Source of the DNA: Marsupella aquatica
Taxonomy: Eukaryota > Plantae > Marchantiophyta
Length of the DNA: 64,000 nt
Direction: 5' to 3'
Assembly (NCBI GenBank): GCA_973895155.1
Contig: OZ316893.1
Location: 9,801,660-9,865,659 of the forward strand
Under the pieces are notes generated by a model. The model was not told the origin of the DNA. It searched no databases and worked only from the letters and a program-made list of their open reading frames with translations. Made by a program: the position numbers and the translations under genes. Shown in pieces: positions 48,701 to 62,569 of the stretch. The number at the start of each line of letters is the position of its first letter. Positions within the stretch are counted from its first letter, which is position 1.

Positions 48701-50073
48701 TACTAGAAAAATGATCTATGGGGATAAAAGTGGGGCCATTACTTAGTAAGGCAATGATCTGTGAGGGGAGGGCACAGCTGCCAAATCACTTCAAAATTGA
48801 TTTATTTTTGGTTTAAAGAGGTGCATAAAAAGTTTATCCCAACTCTAAAAATGAACGATTGATCATTCTTCTTAGAATAGGAATCTTTTTGAGCAGGAAA
48901 CACTACAAGACTATCTATCTATTTTACTTTTTTCCAAGATCCGCACAACTTTGGTTACCTTGAAGAAAAAATTGTTTTGCTTATTTTTCTAGCTACAATA
49001 GTACTAAAAGCTTCTGAATATTATTTGGGGAGGGTTGCTTGAAGTTGGAGTAGCCTTAGTATGTAGTCTGGGTAACCTTCGTAGGTAACCTCTAGCACTC
49101 ATTTTATAAGGAAAAGTGCAAATCTATGATATCGAAAAGTTGTCGGAATAAGGTACAAGAGTAGAAGTACAAGACAGTAAAGAAAAAAACATAAATGTTG
49201 GTGAGATCTATGTTGTACACAAACAACATCTAAAAATGTTTCCTATTTTTTAAGAAATCACCACAACAATGATTTCCAAGGTACCAGGATCCTATAATGA
49301 GAAGTGAGTGGGAGAGTCTTTACGGCAGGTTTACTATTCACCTAGGAAAATGAATAGTCGCCGGCCAGCACTTTTCGAGTGGCAGTGGTTTCACATTTGT
49401 AGCCCCACAGGTTTCAAAGTTCCTTCGTCTTTTGCTTGAAAATATCTCCTCAGATACGTGTCAACCAAAACATCACTATAAGGACTGAAATTGCAATATT
49501 ATAGTCCTTCTACAGTAGGAAAATATGGTGAGACTCGGAGATTCGATACTTTCAAACGGCCCTTCCGTAGTTCACGTGATTATAAATGACAAAATGGGTA
49601 ATGGAATCTGTTTCTGCAACTTTTTCGTTCTTAGATTCGAATTTCCAACACTAAAAGAGTGATATTGTGACGAACTCATGAGATTTTTTTAGCATTCTGA
49701 TGAGGTCTGTTTCTTGTTTTCTTCCGTTCCAGACTCTTTTTGGTCCTTTTCTTTTGGGTTTTTGCCCTTATTGAGATCTTTCTTGTGGAAAGCATTGATG
49801 GTCAATAACCTTGTTTCTCCATCAACCAGCCTTTGGTACGTGGCAATGGCTAAAGTGAATGGGATCGTTCGTTGGTAGTCATTGGAGCTGCTTTCAATTA
49901 CTTTCTCAAGGTGTGAAAAACGAGTTGGACCAAAATGCTCTAATACCTACTGCCCAGTACTCTATAGCTTGAGGTCCCGTTTAGTGTAATGTACTAGAAG
50001 GGCAATTTCATGGCTAGCACGATAATAAGTGTTCTTTTATACTTTCTACAGAAATTGATGCTCACATGGACAC

Positions 50074-50151
50074 AGCATGCAATCCTCACGGTGAAGCATG
50101 CAATCCTCACGGTGAAGCATGCAATCCTCACGGTGAAGCATGCAACCCTCA
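50074..50151. repeat. Minisatellite, 21-bp unit x3.5
   Basis: AGCATGCAATCCTCACGGTGA repeated. Confidence 0.92.
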
Positions 50152-53100
50152 TGGATGGCCGCACTTTTTACATTGTCACAAATTGACACCCTCTTTGTTT
50201 CCAAAAAGTTTTCAGCAATAAAGTTTGATCTTGAAAATCTTCCTTGATATCCAATGAAATTGGCTCTTGGGCTGGTTAGATGTGGCTTGGCAAGATATTT
50301 TCATTCAGCCTTTTTTGTTTAGTTTCATGAAGAATTGTGAGAGTTATGAATTTGTAAAGGTTAATCCATTGCACACTATCCACACTTTGCGCTTATGAAA
50401 GTTTATGAGCATCTAACTTTGCCATTTGCTACCTCCCTCAATATCTGGATTCTGTCTTATTTGGGTTTCTGAGAGACAGCTTGGAAAGATCTTTCCAATG
50501 AACCTAATGTAATCAATTTTTTTGGTGAGAATTGAGAGACCTACAAATTTCCAAAGATGTCTATCTGATTTTATTGCCACATTTCACTCAGCATGTACTA
50601 TAAGAGCAGAAGAGGGCTTTTGTGCAGTCCATCCAGGTTGCAAAAAGTAGATCAGAGCATTTTGACAAAATCGGAGGTATATCTGTCTGTGTGGGCTATT
50701 AAATTGCTATTTTTCACTCAGACAACAGTTTTCTTGAGCAGAAACATTCCCATTTTTAGTGTCAAAAAGTGCTTGGTACATGGGAGTCTTGAATTCAAAC
50801 ATTGTGGCACATCTGAGCATCAGCTTCCCTAACTCTATTCACTGGTGTTGGAATCTGACTCTTTCGAAAAGAACCCGAGTGAGCATTGGAAAAGTGTAGT
50901 TTATAGGTCTTCACTCAAATAACATATTTTTATGCAGAAACCGGCACCTTCATCATTGCCAAATAGTGCTCAGTCCATCGGAGTCCGGTATTCATATCCC
51001 GTGGCCCACCTGAGCATCTAGTTCCCTAAGTCTATCCACACGGATTCGAATCTTCCTATAAAAAAATTACCCCAATGAGGACAACCACAACTGGCATGGA
51101 CAGTTTCCAACATTAATTCCGCACTCAGATAACATCTTTCGTTTCCAGAAACGCTTGTCTTTTTGAGTGCCAAACAATGCCTAGTCCATAAAAGTCCTCT
51201 ATTCATACATTGTGGCCCATCTGAGCACCAAGTTCCCTAGGCTTTGTCCTGAGGTGTTGGCATCTTTCTGTTAAAAATCTGCTAGACCAAAATCCGAGCG
51301 TTGGAGTGGAGATACTTTGGAAGAGGAAGTGCACCATTGGCTGAAGAGTAGAGTCATTGGCGGATTGGTCGAGTGATTTGTAGAGTAGCGGCTAAGCCCA
51401 AGTGTAGGGCACTGAGGGAACCGAATTCCCTCATTATTCGGAAGAGAATGATGATGGTGGCGCCATGTGATTGGACGTGGAGTTGGAGAAAAGCAAACGG
51501 AGCAGGCTGGACTCCACCAGAAACTTGAATACGTCTCAAAATAATCACCAAGAAGCTCCTGTCGATATCTGGTTCGTGGACACTTAGAATCCGAAATAAG
51601 GACAAGAGTCTCATGTTGACATTTGGGGAGCCTGGCAGGGCAAAAAGACAAGCTATTGTAGGGTCTACATAAAATTAAAATAAGTCTAAATTCTCCCCCA
51701 GGTTCAATGACAGTTTCCAATATAATAAAATGGACATGCCTCTAACCGGCCGTTGCCTAGGTAAACAGTGTCCATAGATGCCTGCCACTATAAAACGGGC
51801 CTGCCACCAACTTGCCATTATTCAATGGGACATGTTCAATAGGTCCTTGTTCTCTAGAAATAGTTTTTTATAATAAAATGATAAACCATTTTAGATGTTC
51901 CAGCTTGAATGCCCATTTTTTGAATGTTAATAAAATGAGACAAAAAGTATATGCAACTTGTTCCCCTTTATTTTTGCCCCCGTCCTGTTTTTGGTCTTTC
52001 ATTTTTGTCCTTATAAGATTTGTATTTATTTAGAATTATCATCTACTAGAGGTTTCACTTTAGAAATCTAGACCTCAACTATAGCTTCTGTTCGGGCTTT
52101 ATAAGCAGGATTAGTTTTGTCTTTACCTAGAGCTAGAGTCTACAAACTTTTCTCTAGAAGTCTACGTCCAAACTCTAGCTTCCGATTCGCACTTTATAAG
52201 TCAGATTATTTATTTATTTGAGTATTTGAGTCTCAATGACCTTAGTGTTTATGTTTTCTAATATTCAGGACATTAAGAAAGATACGATTATGCGTCACTC
52301 AATATCAAGACTGTCTACTATTTTACCTAAAATTAATAAAACTCAAAATCTCTTAGGCCTGTATTTACTAAAAACAGTAAAACTCAAAATCTATTATAAT
52401 TGGAATTAGTAAGAACAAAAATCCTGAAGTGTGTTAAATCCTGATAGGAGAGCAATAATATCCCCTCAAATCGTGCTGACTCATTTTTGGGCTGCTATGA
52501 CACACTATGCCGTATACAAACATAGATCTCCAATATTTTTTATCATTTCATAAACATTATTTATTTTAGATGTGTTTATCTGAGTTCTTATCTGACAGAC
52601 AGATCTCAAGTAGTCCAATGTTTTGAGGTGCCCTATGGTGAAGTGATGAAATGAGGCTTGTAGTGTATTTTATATGACATGAGTACTCCAGGTGACCAGG
52701 AGTACTTTGGACAGGCACTTGTGGTTTAAAGTTCAAATGTGCCGAGGAGATTTGGTGCTAAGCTAGAGTCTAAGAAGGGTCAGGACACAATGCAGGGTGC
52801 CAAACATGGACTGCTCATAGAAAACATACATGTGTTAAATATCTGACAAACAAGTAGTTGACACCTGAGATACGTTATTTACTTCTCAAGAGACTACTTC
52901 TAGGGGGGGTTATCCTATATCATGCACAATGTTTTGTACAATAAACAAGCAAAAAAGTTGGAAATTTTTTGGGTATTTTTCTACCCTTCACTTCTATATT
53001 CTTAAATTTCGTTTTCAAAAACTTCATAATTTGCAAATGTATTCAAACACCCCTGGCATTCCAAATGTGTAAGAGTGAAAACCCTTCCAAAATTTTATTT

Positions 53101-53650
53101 TCTTAAATTTTTGTGGTGTTTCATCCCTAAAATATGCATGTGACATGGTAGGCTCCATATAGTGACCCGATGCTCAGATCTGTGATAAATTTTATTGTCC
53201 TTGTTACATCTGTTGTTCCAACTGAAGCTTAGACCTAAAGCTAGTCCTTTGGTGATGTCTAGAACTTTGTGATCACCAGCAGTAATGATCTAGTGGATGA
53301 TCCCTTTAGATGTGGGGATGTCCAAGAGCATCCTCCCAATCCTGGCCCAAATCTAGTCTTTTGGTGACCACTATAAACTTTGTGATCAAGAGCAGAAGTA
53401 ATGATCTAGTGGATAATCCCTTCATATGTGGGGACATCCAAGAACTCCATCCCATGATAAACTTATTTAAATCACTGAGTGTACACTGTATATTATCACA
53501 TTTTGATGTGTGATTATTGGGATGCAAGCACCCGCACTAGGGGGGCTAGATAGTCATAAGTCCGTACCTGGTGATAGACCACTCTATCGATCAGTTGCCA
53601 AAAACCAGGGCAAATCTAGTCTAACAAAAGTGGCCTTGAATTGAGAGGTG

Positions 53651-53655
<5 letters not shown>

Positions 53656-53700
<45 letters not shown>
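53656..53700. repeat. (TC)n microsatellite
   Basis: About 22 TC units. Confidence 0.95.
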
Positions 53701-53703
<3 letters not shown>

Positions 53704-54021
53704 GGAAGCATCAGGTAGATCTACTCGTTTCACATAAGAGGACTAAGAAGTGTTGCTATACTAGAGGTATGAGATATGACATGGTTTTTGCAGTCTTCAT
53801 CACATCCTTGTGAGCCTAACTATAGTCTCATGTTGGCAACTATATGTTTTAGAGGGGCACCAGATGTGATGAAGTAATCCACACAACAGTTCCCCGGTGG
53901 AGGTGCTCTAAGCCCAGAAGTTTTCATTTTACTGTACTAGTCAGACCCATCCATAAATGTGGGCAAAAATATTATTAGAGAGATTTTACCTTGTATCTGG
54001 TAGTTGCAAAAATGATCTTTT

Positions 54022-54180
54022 TGTTATAAGGGATAAAACCCTAACCCTACTTACCCTAGAACATAGGAGGTTACATAACCGCCATACCATGTACTACATA
54101 GGGAGAGATTTCCACTCCCACAAGGTAATGAAGGAAGTGAGCTTGCTGGTGTATGATGTGTCCATAATTGATCCACAATA
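54022..54180 (+). repeat. 5' LTR of copia element 2 (159 bp, TG...TA)
   Basis: Matches the 3' LTR except for one C/T substitution and a 6-bp CCCTAA indel. Confidence 0.95.
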
Positions 54181-54195
54181 CGTTATCAGCACGAC
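54181..54195 (+). promoter_or_regulatory. Primer-binding site (half-tRNA-Ile type)
   Basis: CGTTATCAGCACGAC abuts the LTR; it is the complement of the tRNA-Ile anticodon arm. Confidence 0.8.
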
Positions 54196-54517
54196 TCTAC
54201 CTTTGGAGCACATTTCTTGATTCAATTCTCTTAAACAATCGATTCAGTGAATCGATATGCACATTTCGAATTATTGATTGAATTAAGATCCGTTGTATAT
54301 GATTTGAAACGACAATTTGAAGGATCAGGAGCGCAGGCATCTGAACACCAAATACACAAATCAAATATTGCTCTTTGGTCAATGGGAAGAAGTTTTTTTT
54401 TTCTCTCAACAATTGCTTTCCATTTGCATTTCTTAGACCTCAAGGCCATAACTGATTTACAGAATCCAGGCAGAACATAACTCAATTCGCGATCCAATCA
54501 TCATAACTTCTCCCACC

Positions 54518-57500
54518 ATGAATTAGATAGAGAAGCTTCAATTTAAGGCTCTAACTATTGATGGTGCCAATTATTTATCCTGGTCACTTGATGTCAAAGC
54601 ATATCTTTCATCAAAAGACCTACAGGACACTATTTTAACAGATGCAGGCCTAACATTGCAGCAAAAGGCGAGAGCATTAATCTTCATACGTCACCACCTT
54701 GCAGAGCCACTCAAGATCCAATATCTAAATCAATACAACCCCCAAATTCTCTGGGAAGATCTAAAATCAAGGTTCGATCACATGCGCCTAGTCTCTCTGC
54801 CGGCAGCACGCCATGATTGGATAAATTTGCGTGTGCAGGACCACACTTCCATATCCAATTACAACGGAGAACTCTTTCGCATCACCTCTCAACTCGCAAT
54901 ATGTGGCCACCCAGTTAACGACGCCGAGAAGATTGAAAGAACTCTATCCACGTTCAGCACGGGAAACCTCATCCTTGCATCCCAATACAAAACATGGGAT
55001 TTACTAGATATTCAGAGCTTATTGCTCATATGCTTCTTGCTGAGAAGCACCAATTACTCCTACTGGAAAATGCAAAATCTCGCCCACCAGGTACAACCGC
55101 TCCACCACCTAAACCTGAAATAAATTTCAACAGACAGAATGATAAAATCAGAGGCAGAGGACGTGGAAATTTCAGGGGGCGAGGACAATGACCATATAGC
55201 CGAGGCAGAAACCAACAAAGGGGCAGAGGCTATGGACAATTCCATAATTTGGAAAATACATCTTTCGGAAACTTTTATCGAGGAAGAGGACAACGAGGAA
55301 GAGGTAGTGGATACAAAGGCAGAGGCCGTGGCGGAGGCCGTGGAAGAGGATCCAATACTTGGACAAGAGAGAACGAAAATCTGACTCAATGTTTCAGGTG
55401 CGGCACAAAGGGTCACTTACAGAAAAATTGTCGATCCCCTGCCCACCTAGTCAGACTTTATAAACAAAGCATGGAATTACCTAGTGATGAAGCCCATGGA
55501 AACTACATGGAAACTATAGATGATATTGAGGGATATGCACCAGAAGTAGATACTGCTCAATTGGGAGATAATCCCTCTATGCTTGACAATCATCATAATT
55601 GTATTGTCGATAGCGGCACATCTCATTCAATCCTACACAACAAAGACTATTTTCTAAGTATCACCCCATCCCACAGATCCATGACAACCATAACTGGACC
55701 TAATCATATAGAGGAAGGTTATGGTCCAGCACAAGTCAGATTCCCCAAGGGCACAATCCTCCACATAGACTCAGCCATTTATGCTCCATGGGCCACTCGA
55801 AACCTGATAAGTTTCAGTGACATACGCGCCAACAGATTCCACATTCATACAAAGACTTGTGGAAACCATGAAGTCCTACACATTCTGGAGAATACCAAAT
55901 CAGGGAGATTAGTGCGAGAGATACTTCCTATATATCCCCCTGGACTCTACATCACCCGAATATACTCATATCATGCTACAAGTACTTCACTTACTTTAAC
56001 ACAAATATGGCATAATCGCCTTGGACATCCTGGCACGAGTATGTACCACAATATACTGAAGGCTACCGTGGGCATACCTAAAGGCGTTCACCCATCCGCT
56101 ACCAGCAAACCCTGCCTCGCATGCTCACAAGGGAAAATGGTTACTCGTCCATCACCATCCAAGACAATACATAAGATCCCACAGTTTTTGGAGAGGATAC
56201 AAGCTGATGTTTGTGCCCGATTGACCCTCCTTCTGGCCCATTCCGATATTTCCTGGTTATCATCGATGCCTCCACTAAGTGGTCGCAGGTCTCATTGCTC
56301 TCTACCCGTAATCTAGTCTTCCCAAGAATATTATCGCACATATTGAAATTAAAACATCAATTTCCAGAAAATCCAATCAAAACCATCAGAGTTGATAACG
56401 CGGGAGAATTTACCTCCAAAACCTTCGATACCTTCTGTGAAACTGCAGGGATTGATACTGAATACCCGGTTCCACATGTTCATTTTCAGAATGGTCTTGC
56501 GGAATCCATAATCAAACAAACACAGATGGTGGCCAGACCCCTACTGATGCAATCAAACTTACCAACATCAGCTTGGGGCCATGCAGTCCTACATGCAGCT
56601 GCCCTCATTAGACTGAGACCATCATCATTTAATTCCCAGACCCCACATTTCCTAGCATATGGATTGCCACCAGATATTACACATCTACGAATTTTTGGCT
56701 GCCTGGTACTTATCCCAATTTTAGGTCCCAAAAGAACTAAAATGGGACCCCAGAGACAACGAGGCATCTATGTGGGCTTTGACTCACGCTCTATTATAAG
56801 ATATTTAGAACCCTCAACAACAGATGTCTTTAAAGCACGGTTCCAAGACTGCAATTTCTTTGAAGAAGAATTTCCAACCCTTACAGAAGACCCCAAGAGA
56901 AATGGAGAGGTCCCGGTGAAAGACTTACAATGGTTGTCTCCTCGCCTGCTTACAGAGGACCACCGAACTAAAGAAGCAGATCTGGGAGTACAACGAGTTC
57001 TCCACTTACAACAAATGCTGATGAAACTTCCAGATGCATTCAACGATGCAGCCACTGTAACTCGCTCACAATTAGAGGCAGCCAACATACCAGCTCAAAT
57101 TTTGCGGCAGGCTACACCAGCCACTGAAGCTGCACCAAAGGCAAAAAGAGGCCGCCCACTGGGATCCAAGGACTCTCACCCAAGACAGTCACAAACGAGT
57201 GCAGCCCATCCATCTCCCACAATTATACCAACTCTAGAGCCATCTTCACAAGGAACAACCGATAATGAGGAGATCACAATTAATTATGTACATACCGGGA
57301 AGATACTGCAGCGTGATAAAATACAGGTTGATGATATCTTTGCATTCCAGATTTCTGAGGACATTAAAAATACTACCCCTGATCCCCTAACAATTGCTGA
57401 GGCCTGAACTCGCCCAGACTAGCCACAATGGGAGCTAGCTATAAATTCAGAACTGGACCCCCTAATAAAACAAAAAGTTTTTGGGCCCACTATTCCTGCA

Positions 57501-59195
57501 CCTGCAGGACTTCATCTTACAGGATACAGATTTATTTTTGTTAGAAAATGAAATGCGAAAGGAGAAGTTATCAGACATAAAGCGCGCTTAGTCGCGAAGG
57601 GCTATACCTAGATTCCTGGTCGGGACTTTGATCAAACATACTCTCCTGTAATGGATTCAATCACACATAGATATCTATCGCATATGCTCTTCTACACAAA
57701 CTAGTTATGCATATTTTAGATGTGATTACTTCCTATCTATATGGTATCCTTGATACCAAAATTTATATGAAGGCACCCCCGGAACTCATCAAGCGATTGA
57801 CTTTTCACATTGAGGGGGAGAAAACCGGTAAAATAAACCCAGGTCTACAACCTGGAGTACATCAAACTTGTCCTACAGGCAATTTGAATTCAGTGACGAC
57901 TGAAATTCGACCTCCAGTCCCGACCAAGCAAGATGTGTTGCACACATCTGCTCAGCGGAAATGAATGTCTTCCTCGCAGGTTACCCCTGTTATACAAACA
58001 AAGAAAGTTAAAAGAGAACTTGCAGTTCAGGTACTTCGTTCTCTATATGGTTTAAAACAGAGTGGGTGTACCTGGTACAAATGATTCAAAACTGAAATGA
58101 TTGCACTGAATTTTATTACTGACGACATTGCCCCTTGCCTATTTCTCAAACAGGAAGGAAATGAATTTGTCATTATTTCAATTTATGTGGACGACATAAA
58201 TATTTTTGGCACAGCAACAATCACAACTGAGACAATAGACATCCTGAAGAAGACATTCGAGATGTGGGACATAGGTAAGCCCACCTATTGCTTGGGCTTA
58301 CAATTTAATCACTTGCATAATGGTATACTAATTAATCAATCTACCTATACTGAGAAGGTATTAAAACAGTTTAACATGGCTACTGCTTACCCTGTTAGCA
58401 CTCCTATGGATTTGAGGTCCTCAGATCCTGAAAAGGATACATTCAAGAAATGGACTGCACTGGAAGCAATTCTTGGCCCAGAAAAACCTTTACCTCTCAG
58501 CCATCGGGGCTCTCATGTACCTGGCTACACAGTCCCGTCCTAACATCTCTTTCGCAGTGAATCTTCTTGCATGCCATAGTGCAAAACCAATTATCCGTCA
58601 CTGGAATGGCGTAAAGCGAGTATTCCATTACCTACGAGGAACCACAGACCTGGGACTATTTTTTCCCAAGAAGTCAGAAAATCTATTGGTGGGATATACG
58701 GACGCAGGATACCTTTCAGACCCTGACGACGCAAAATCCCAGACGGGATATGTTTTTCTTCAAGGAAGTACTGCTATCTCATGGAGAAGCTGCAAACAGA
58801 CATTGACAGCTACTTCGTCTAACCACGCGGAGATCATTGCCCTCTACGAAGCCACTAGGGAATGCATTTGGTTAAGACACTTGATAGATCATATTCAGAC
58901 AAACACAGGCAGACCTCGATTTGATAAACCTACGATTATCTACGAAGATAATCGACCCTGTGTCGATCAGATAGTGCAAGGATTTATCAAAGGGGATCGT
59001 ATCAAACATATAGCACCCAAGTTCTTCTATACACATGAGCAGCATGGCGAACAGGTCAATGTGCAGTGGATTCCTAGCAAGGAAAATTGAGCAGATTTAT
59101 TTACGAAACCACTACCACCATCCCTACACAGAGAACATACATATGGTATTGGAATGAGAAGCATGACATCAATGTTGCAGGGCATCGATAGGTAA
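54518..59195 (+). pseudogene. Copia gag-pol with multiple nonsense mutations and frameshifts
   Basis: MN*IEKLQFKALTIDGANYLSW start; CFRCGTKGHLQKNC, IVDSGTSH, RVDNAGEF, IYVDD, GYTDAGY. Stops at e.g. 54524, 55189, 57405 and 57420; frameshifts at about 54990, 56215, 57680 and 58490. Confidence 0.92.
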
Positions 59196-59968
59196 TTCGG
59201 ACAACCAGAGATATCCTCTACTGCAATACTTATCACTGAGCATTCGATTAACGCTGATATGAAAAATGAACAACAGAGCCAAGCTCAGGATATGTATATA
59301 CATCAAGAACCAAGAGAAATAGAGGTCAACTTACAACCAACTCAATTTCGCGTTTAATCACAAATAAGCGAAGCATCTCCTCGCCTCCCAAACTCCATCG
59401 ACCATGACCTAGCTCCACCGAGAAAGCCGAGCATCTACCCCACGTTCTCCAGCATCATAAGCGCGCAGCAACGCACAGCAGAACCAGCAGAAGTCGACCA
59501 TCAGAAGTCAACCACCAGCAGCTATCATCGCCTTAGTTCGCGAATCAATGGACATCAACATTCTACATCAGCGCAACGCCGAACAACAACGCGATTTCCT
59601 TTCTTTCCAGTTCACCATTCCTATCGATTAACTCGAAGTTCTAATGTTTTTGGGAATCAAGATGCAGCTCACAAAGGAGACTATCGAATGCATACCTAGT
59701 CTGTAAACTTTTTTTTACCTTAGCATCACATTCAATAATCAATAGCATTTAGATTTATTTTTACATAGCCATGGTAATTCTTTGATATATTTCATTTTTG
59801 GCCTTAGACCATGTAATAGTAGTGGCACTCTTCCCATGATTGAAGCATGGTTTTAATGAGACCATACTAAACTTTGGCCAACTAATAGAAATATCATTAG
59901 AAGGGTTATTTTTCCCCATATTTTTGTGGTTGTACGTTTGAAATATTTTTCATTCAACCAAGGGGGAG

Positions 59969-60133
59969 TGTTATAAGGGATAAAACCCTAACCCTAACCC
60001 TACTTACCCTAGAACATAGGAGGTTACATAACCGCCATACCATGTACTACATAGGGAGAGATTTCCACTTCCACAAGGTAATGAAGGAAGTGAGCTTGCT
60101 GGTGTATGATGTGTCCATAATTGATCCACAATA
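59969..60133 (+). repeat. 3' LTR of copia element 2 (165 bp)
   Basis: Preceded by the PPT and followed by TSD CTTTT. Confidence 0.95.
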
Positions 60134-60230
60134 CTTTTTAAATTTTGAGTGAATTTTATGCTAAGTATGAAATTGATGGTGAGGTGGACCACAAGCTTTT
60201 ACCTCTGAGTTCTGATTGACGAATGTCATG

Positions 60231-62372
60231 TGCTATCTGTTTATCGAACGGTAACTACATACATTTCCACTTCTTCACAACCAATACCGTTTTAATCGTA
60301 TCACAGGGACGTGGAGGGACGCTATTTAGACTTCATCACGCTAGGAATGAGTATATTTGTTTCCGCTCGTGGAATTGCATTTTTTTATCAAGTCTGCCGA
60401 CTTTCTCACCTTCACTATTTTTGATAAAGTCCCATGGATTGCACTTTCCTCTTGGTCTCTAGTGGAGTGCTGTCACCACTCCTCTGGCTCACAAGGCCGA
60501 TCAGACCTTGTAAACTTCTCTCAAGAATCCACTTGGCGGGTCCTCTCAAGAAAACACACCAAAACGGCTACGGGAAGAACACAACTATGAAAGCACCAAA
60601 ATCATAACACGTAACCAACTTTGGAGAGTCAATCTGATTCCATATCTTTTGGTGACAAGTAATACATTGCATGAGTAACCCGGCCTCCTGCCGTCTACTC
60701 AACTCCTACCTTACTAGGACAATGACTACTTCTCACCTCACTACTCCAGATTATTTCCTTCTCTATGCTACGAGTTAACGTTTCATCAACACTAGATTGA
60801 GTTCCCCCTCTGCACCTACCGGGGGCTGCCCTTAAATACAAAAATAACACCATTTGAAGCACACAAGCCCTACAAGGGTGTGGTAGTCACTGCCCTGGCT
60901 GGCCACTACCCCCTGGTGGTGCTGCTAACCTCAAAACCTAACATGCGGCACACACATGTATCACCAACCTATCATATCCTAAGGGAGACTGACGGTGCTT
61001 TCAACGGTGCCCACTACCACTCTGCTAAACAAGGACTCACTTAAGTCCACCACCTCCTATTCTATCTATCTACCCTCCCTACCAGCCTCAATCCTCCTAA
61101 TCGCCACCACCGGTCCGTCGTAAAGGGAGGGACCCCTACAATCGTGGAAAATAAAATTTTCTCAGAATTTACTTCTGAAAAAATATCTAAGGAGCCCTCC
61201 TCTTCTTGATTATGGATCCGTAAACAGCATAAACGGAGGTCAAGCGACCAAGATATGATCATTTAAGTTTTTACGGGACACTATCTCCCTCCATTTTGTC
61301 CGTACAACTTTTCTCACAACAGGGGTCCCCAGCCTTGTTACTGCCATCTCCACTTATGTGAGGAAACTAAGGTCCCCGGCTGCCGGATGTACGGACGTCC
61401 ATACGGCTCCAATATTGAGAAATTTTTATCAAAACGTAATCTAACGTATCTTTACCATCTTAACTCCGTTTTGCCCGTGTGACACATCATTGGATTCAGC
61501 TCAATGAGATCCTTCCAACAAGCCCGTAAACTCCTGATTTTGAGATGGTCAAAAAAAAATGATGTTCTTACAACCAGGGTCCGTACATACGAGTGAGAAA
61601 AGAGAAAAAGTTAAGGAAGAAAGTGTGGGGGACTACGGGTGAGGAAGGAAAATGTGGGAAACTACGGGTGAGGAAAGGAAATGTGGGAGACTACGGGTGA
61701 GGGAGGAAAATGTGGGAGCTCCTTCTACGGAGTGGTCCTTCTATGGAGTGGGGAAGGGAAAGAGAGCAAAACCATGTGAGATCCACACAAAGGGTGAAGA
61801 TGAACACAAGTGTGAGAACCCCTTCCTTCTAAGGGCCCACCCACCATCACTACTCCAAGATTGCCTAGTTTTGCCATTTTACGGGCGTTGAGGTCCCTCA
61901 AAATGTCATTGTTTGATATAGACCTAAAATCAACTAAGGAACCTCATTTTTGCATGGGGCTCATTGAGGGCTTCAGAATGAATCCAAACAAGACCATGTT
62001 TGGAATAGTACTAGCGCAACAACGTCTGTTTCAACTTTCAACTTTTTCTATGTTTTGGTCATTATTCCCGTTTTGCGCCTTATGTGGAGCCTCCGGCCAG
62101 CCCCCACCCCTCCGAGATGCCCCCACCTTGGCCTCCAAGTCCTTGGGCTGCCTTGTGGCCTCCTTGTACCCCCTCAATGGCTCCATTGTGATCCATCACC
62201 GCCCAACACCCGTCTCAACTCCGGCCTCCGGTTGTCGCATCCATTTATTAGAACTAACAAAAATTAAAAAATTGAAAATCCAAACCCTTTTACTACACCT
62301 ACTTGTGTTTCTACTTATATATGCAATTATAAGTCATCACTAAGTTACTACCGGGTTCGGGGCCATGTCACA
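60231..62372. mobile_element. Probable solo LTR (~2.1 kb)
   Basis: TG...CA termini flanked by direct 5-bp TCATG (60226-60230 and 62373-62377); non-coding; internal ~30-bp tandem repeats at 61622-61740. Confidence 0.5.
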
Positions 62373-62569
62373 TCATGCCATGGCCATAGGCATGTTTACA
62401 ATATGTTTATGCCACGATGCAAGATGTCACAACACCAAGGACTTTTGGACACCCAAAATATAGCAAACCTTTATACAAAGAAAATGGATGATTGAAGGAA
62501 AGAATGATATGATCGAAAAGTGTTAATGCAAGTTGCAACAATCTTATATCTATATGCAACTTGGAAGAG

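Larger units (their letters stand above)
54022..60133 (+). mobile_element. Full-length but decayed Ty1/copia LTR retrotransposon, Bianca-like, related to element 1
   Basis: LTRs 54022-54180 and 59969-60133, TSD CTTTT (54017-54021 and 60134-60138), PBS CGTTATCAGCACGAC, PPT AGGGGGAG at 59961-59968; gag-pol fragments are homologous to element 1. Confidence 0.96.
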
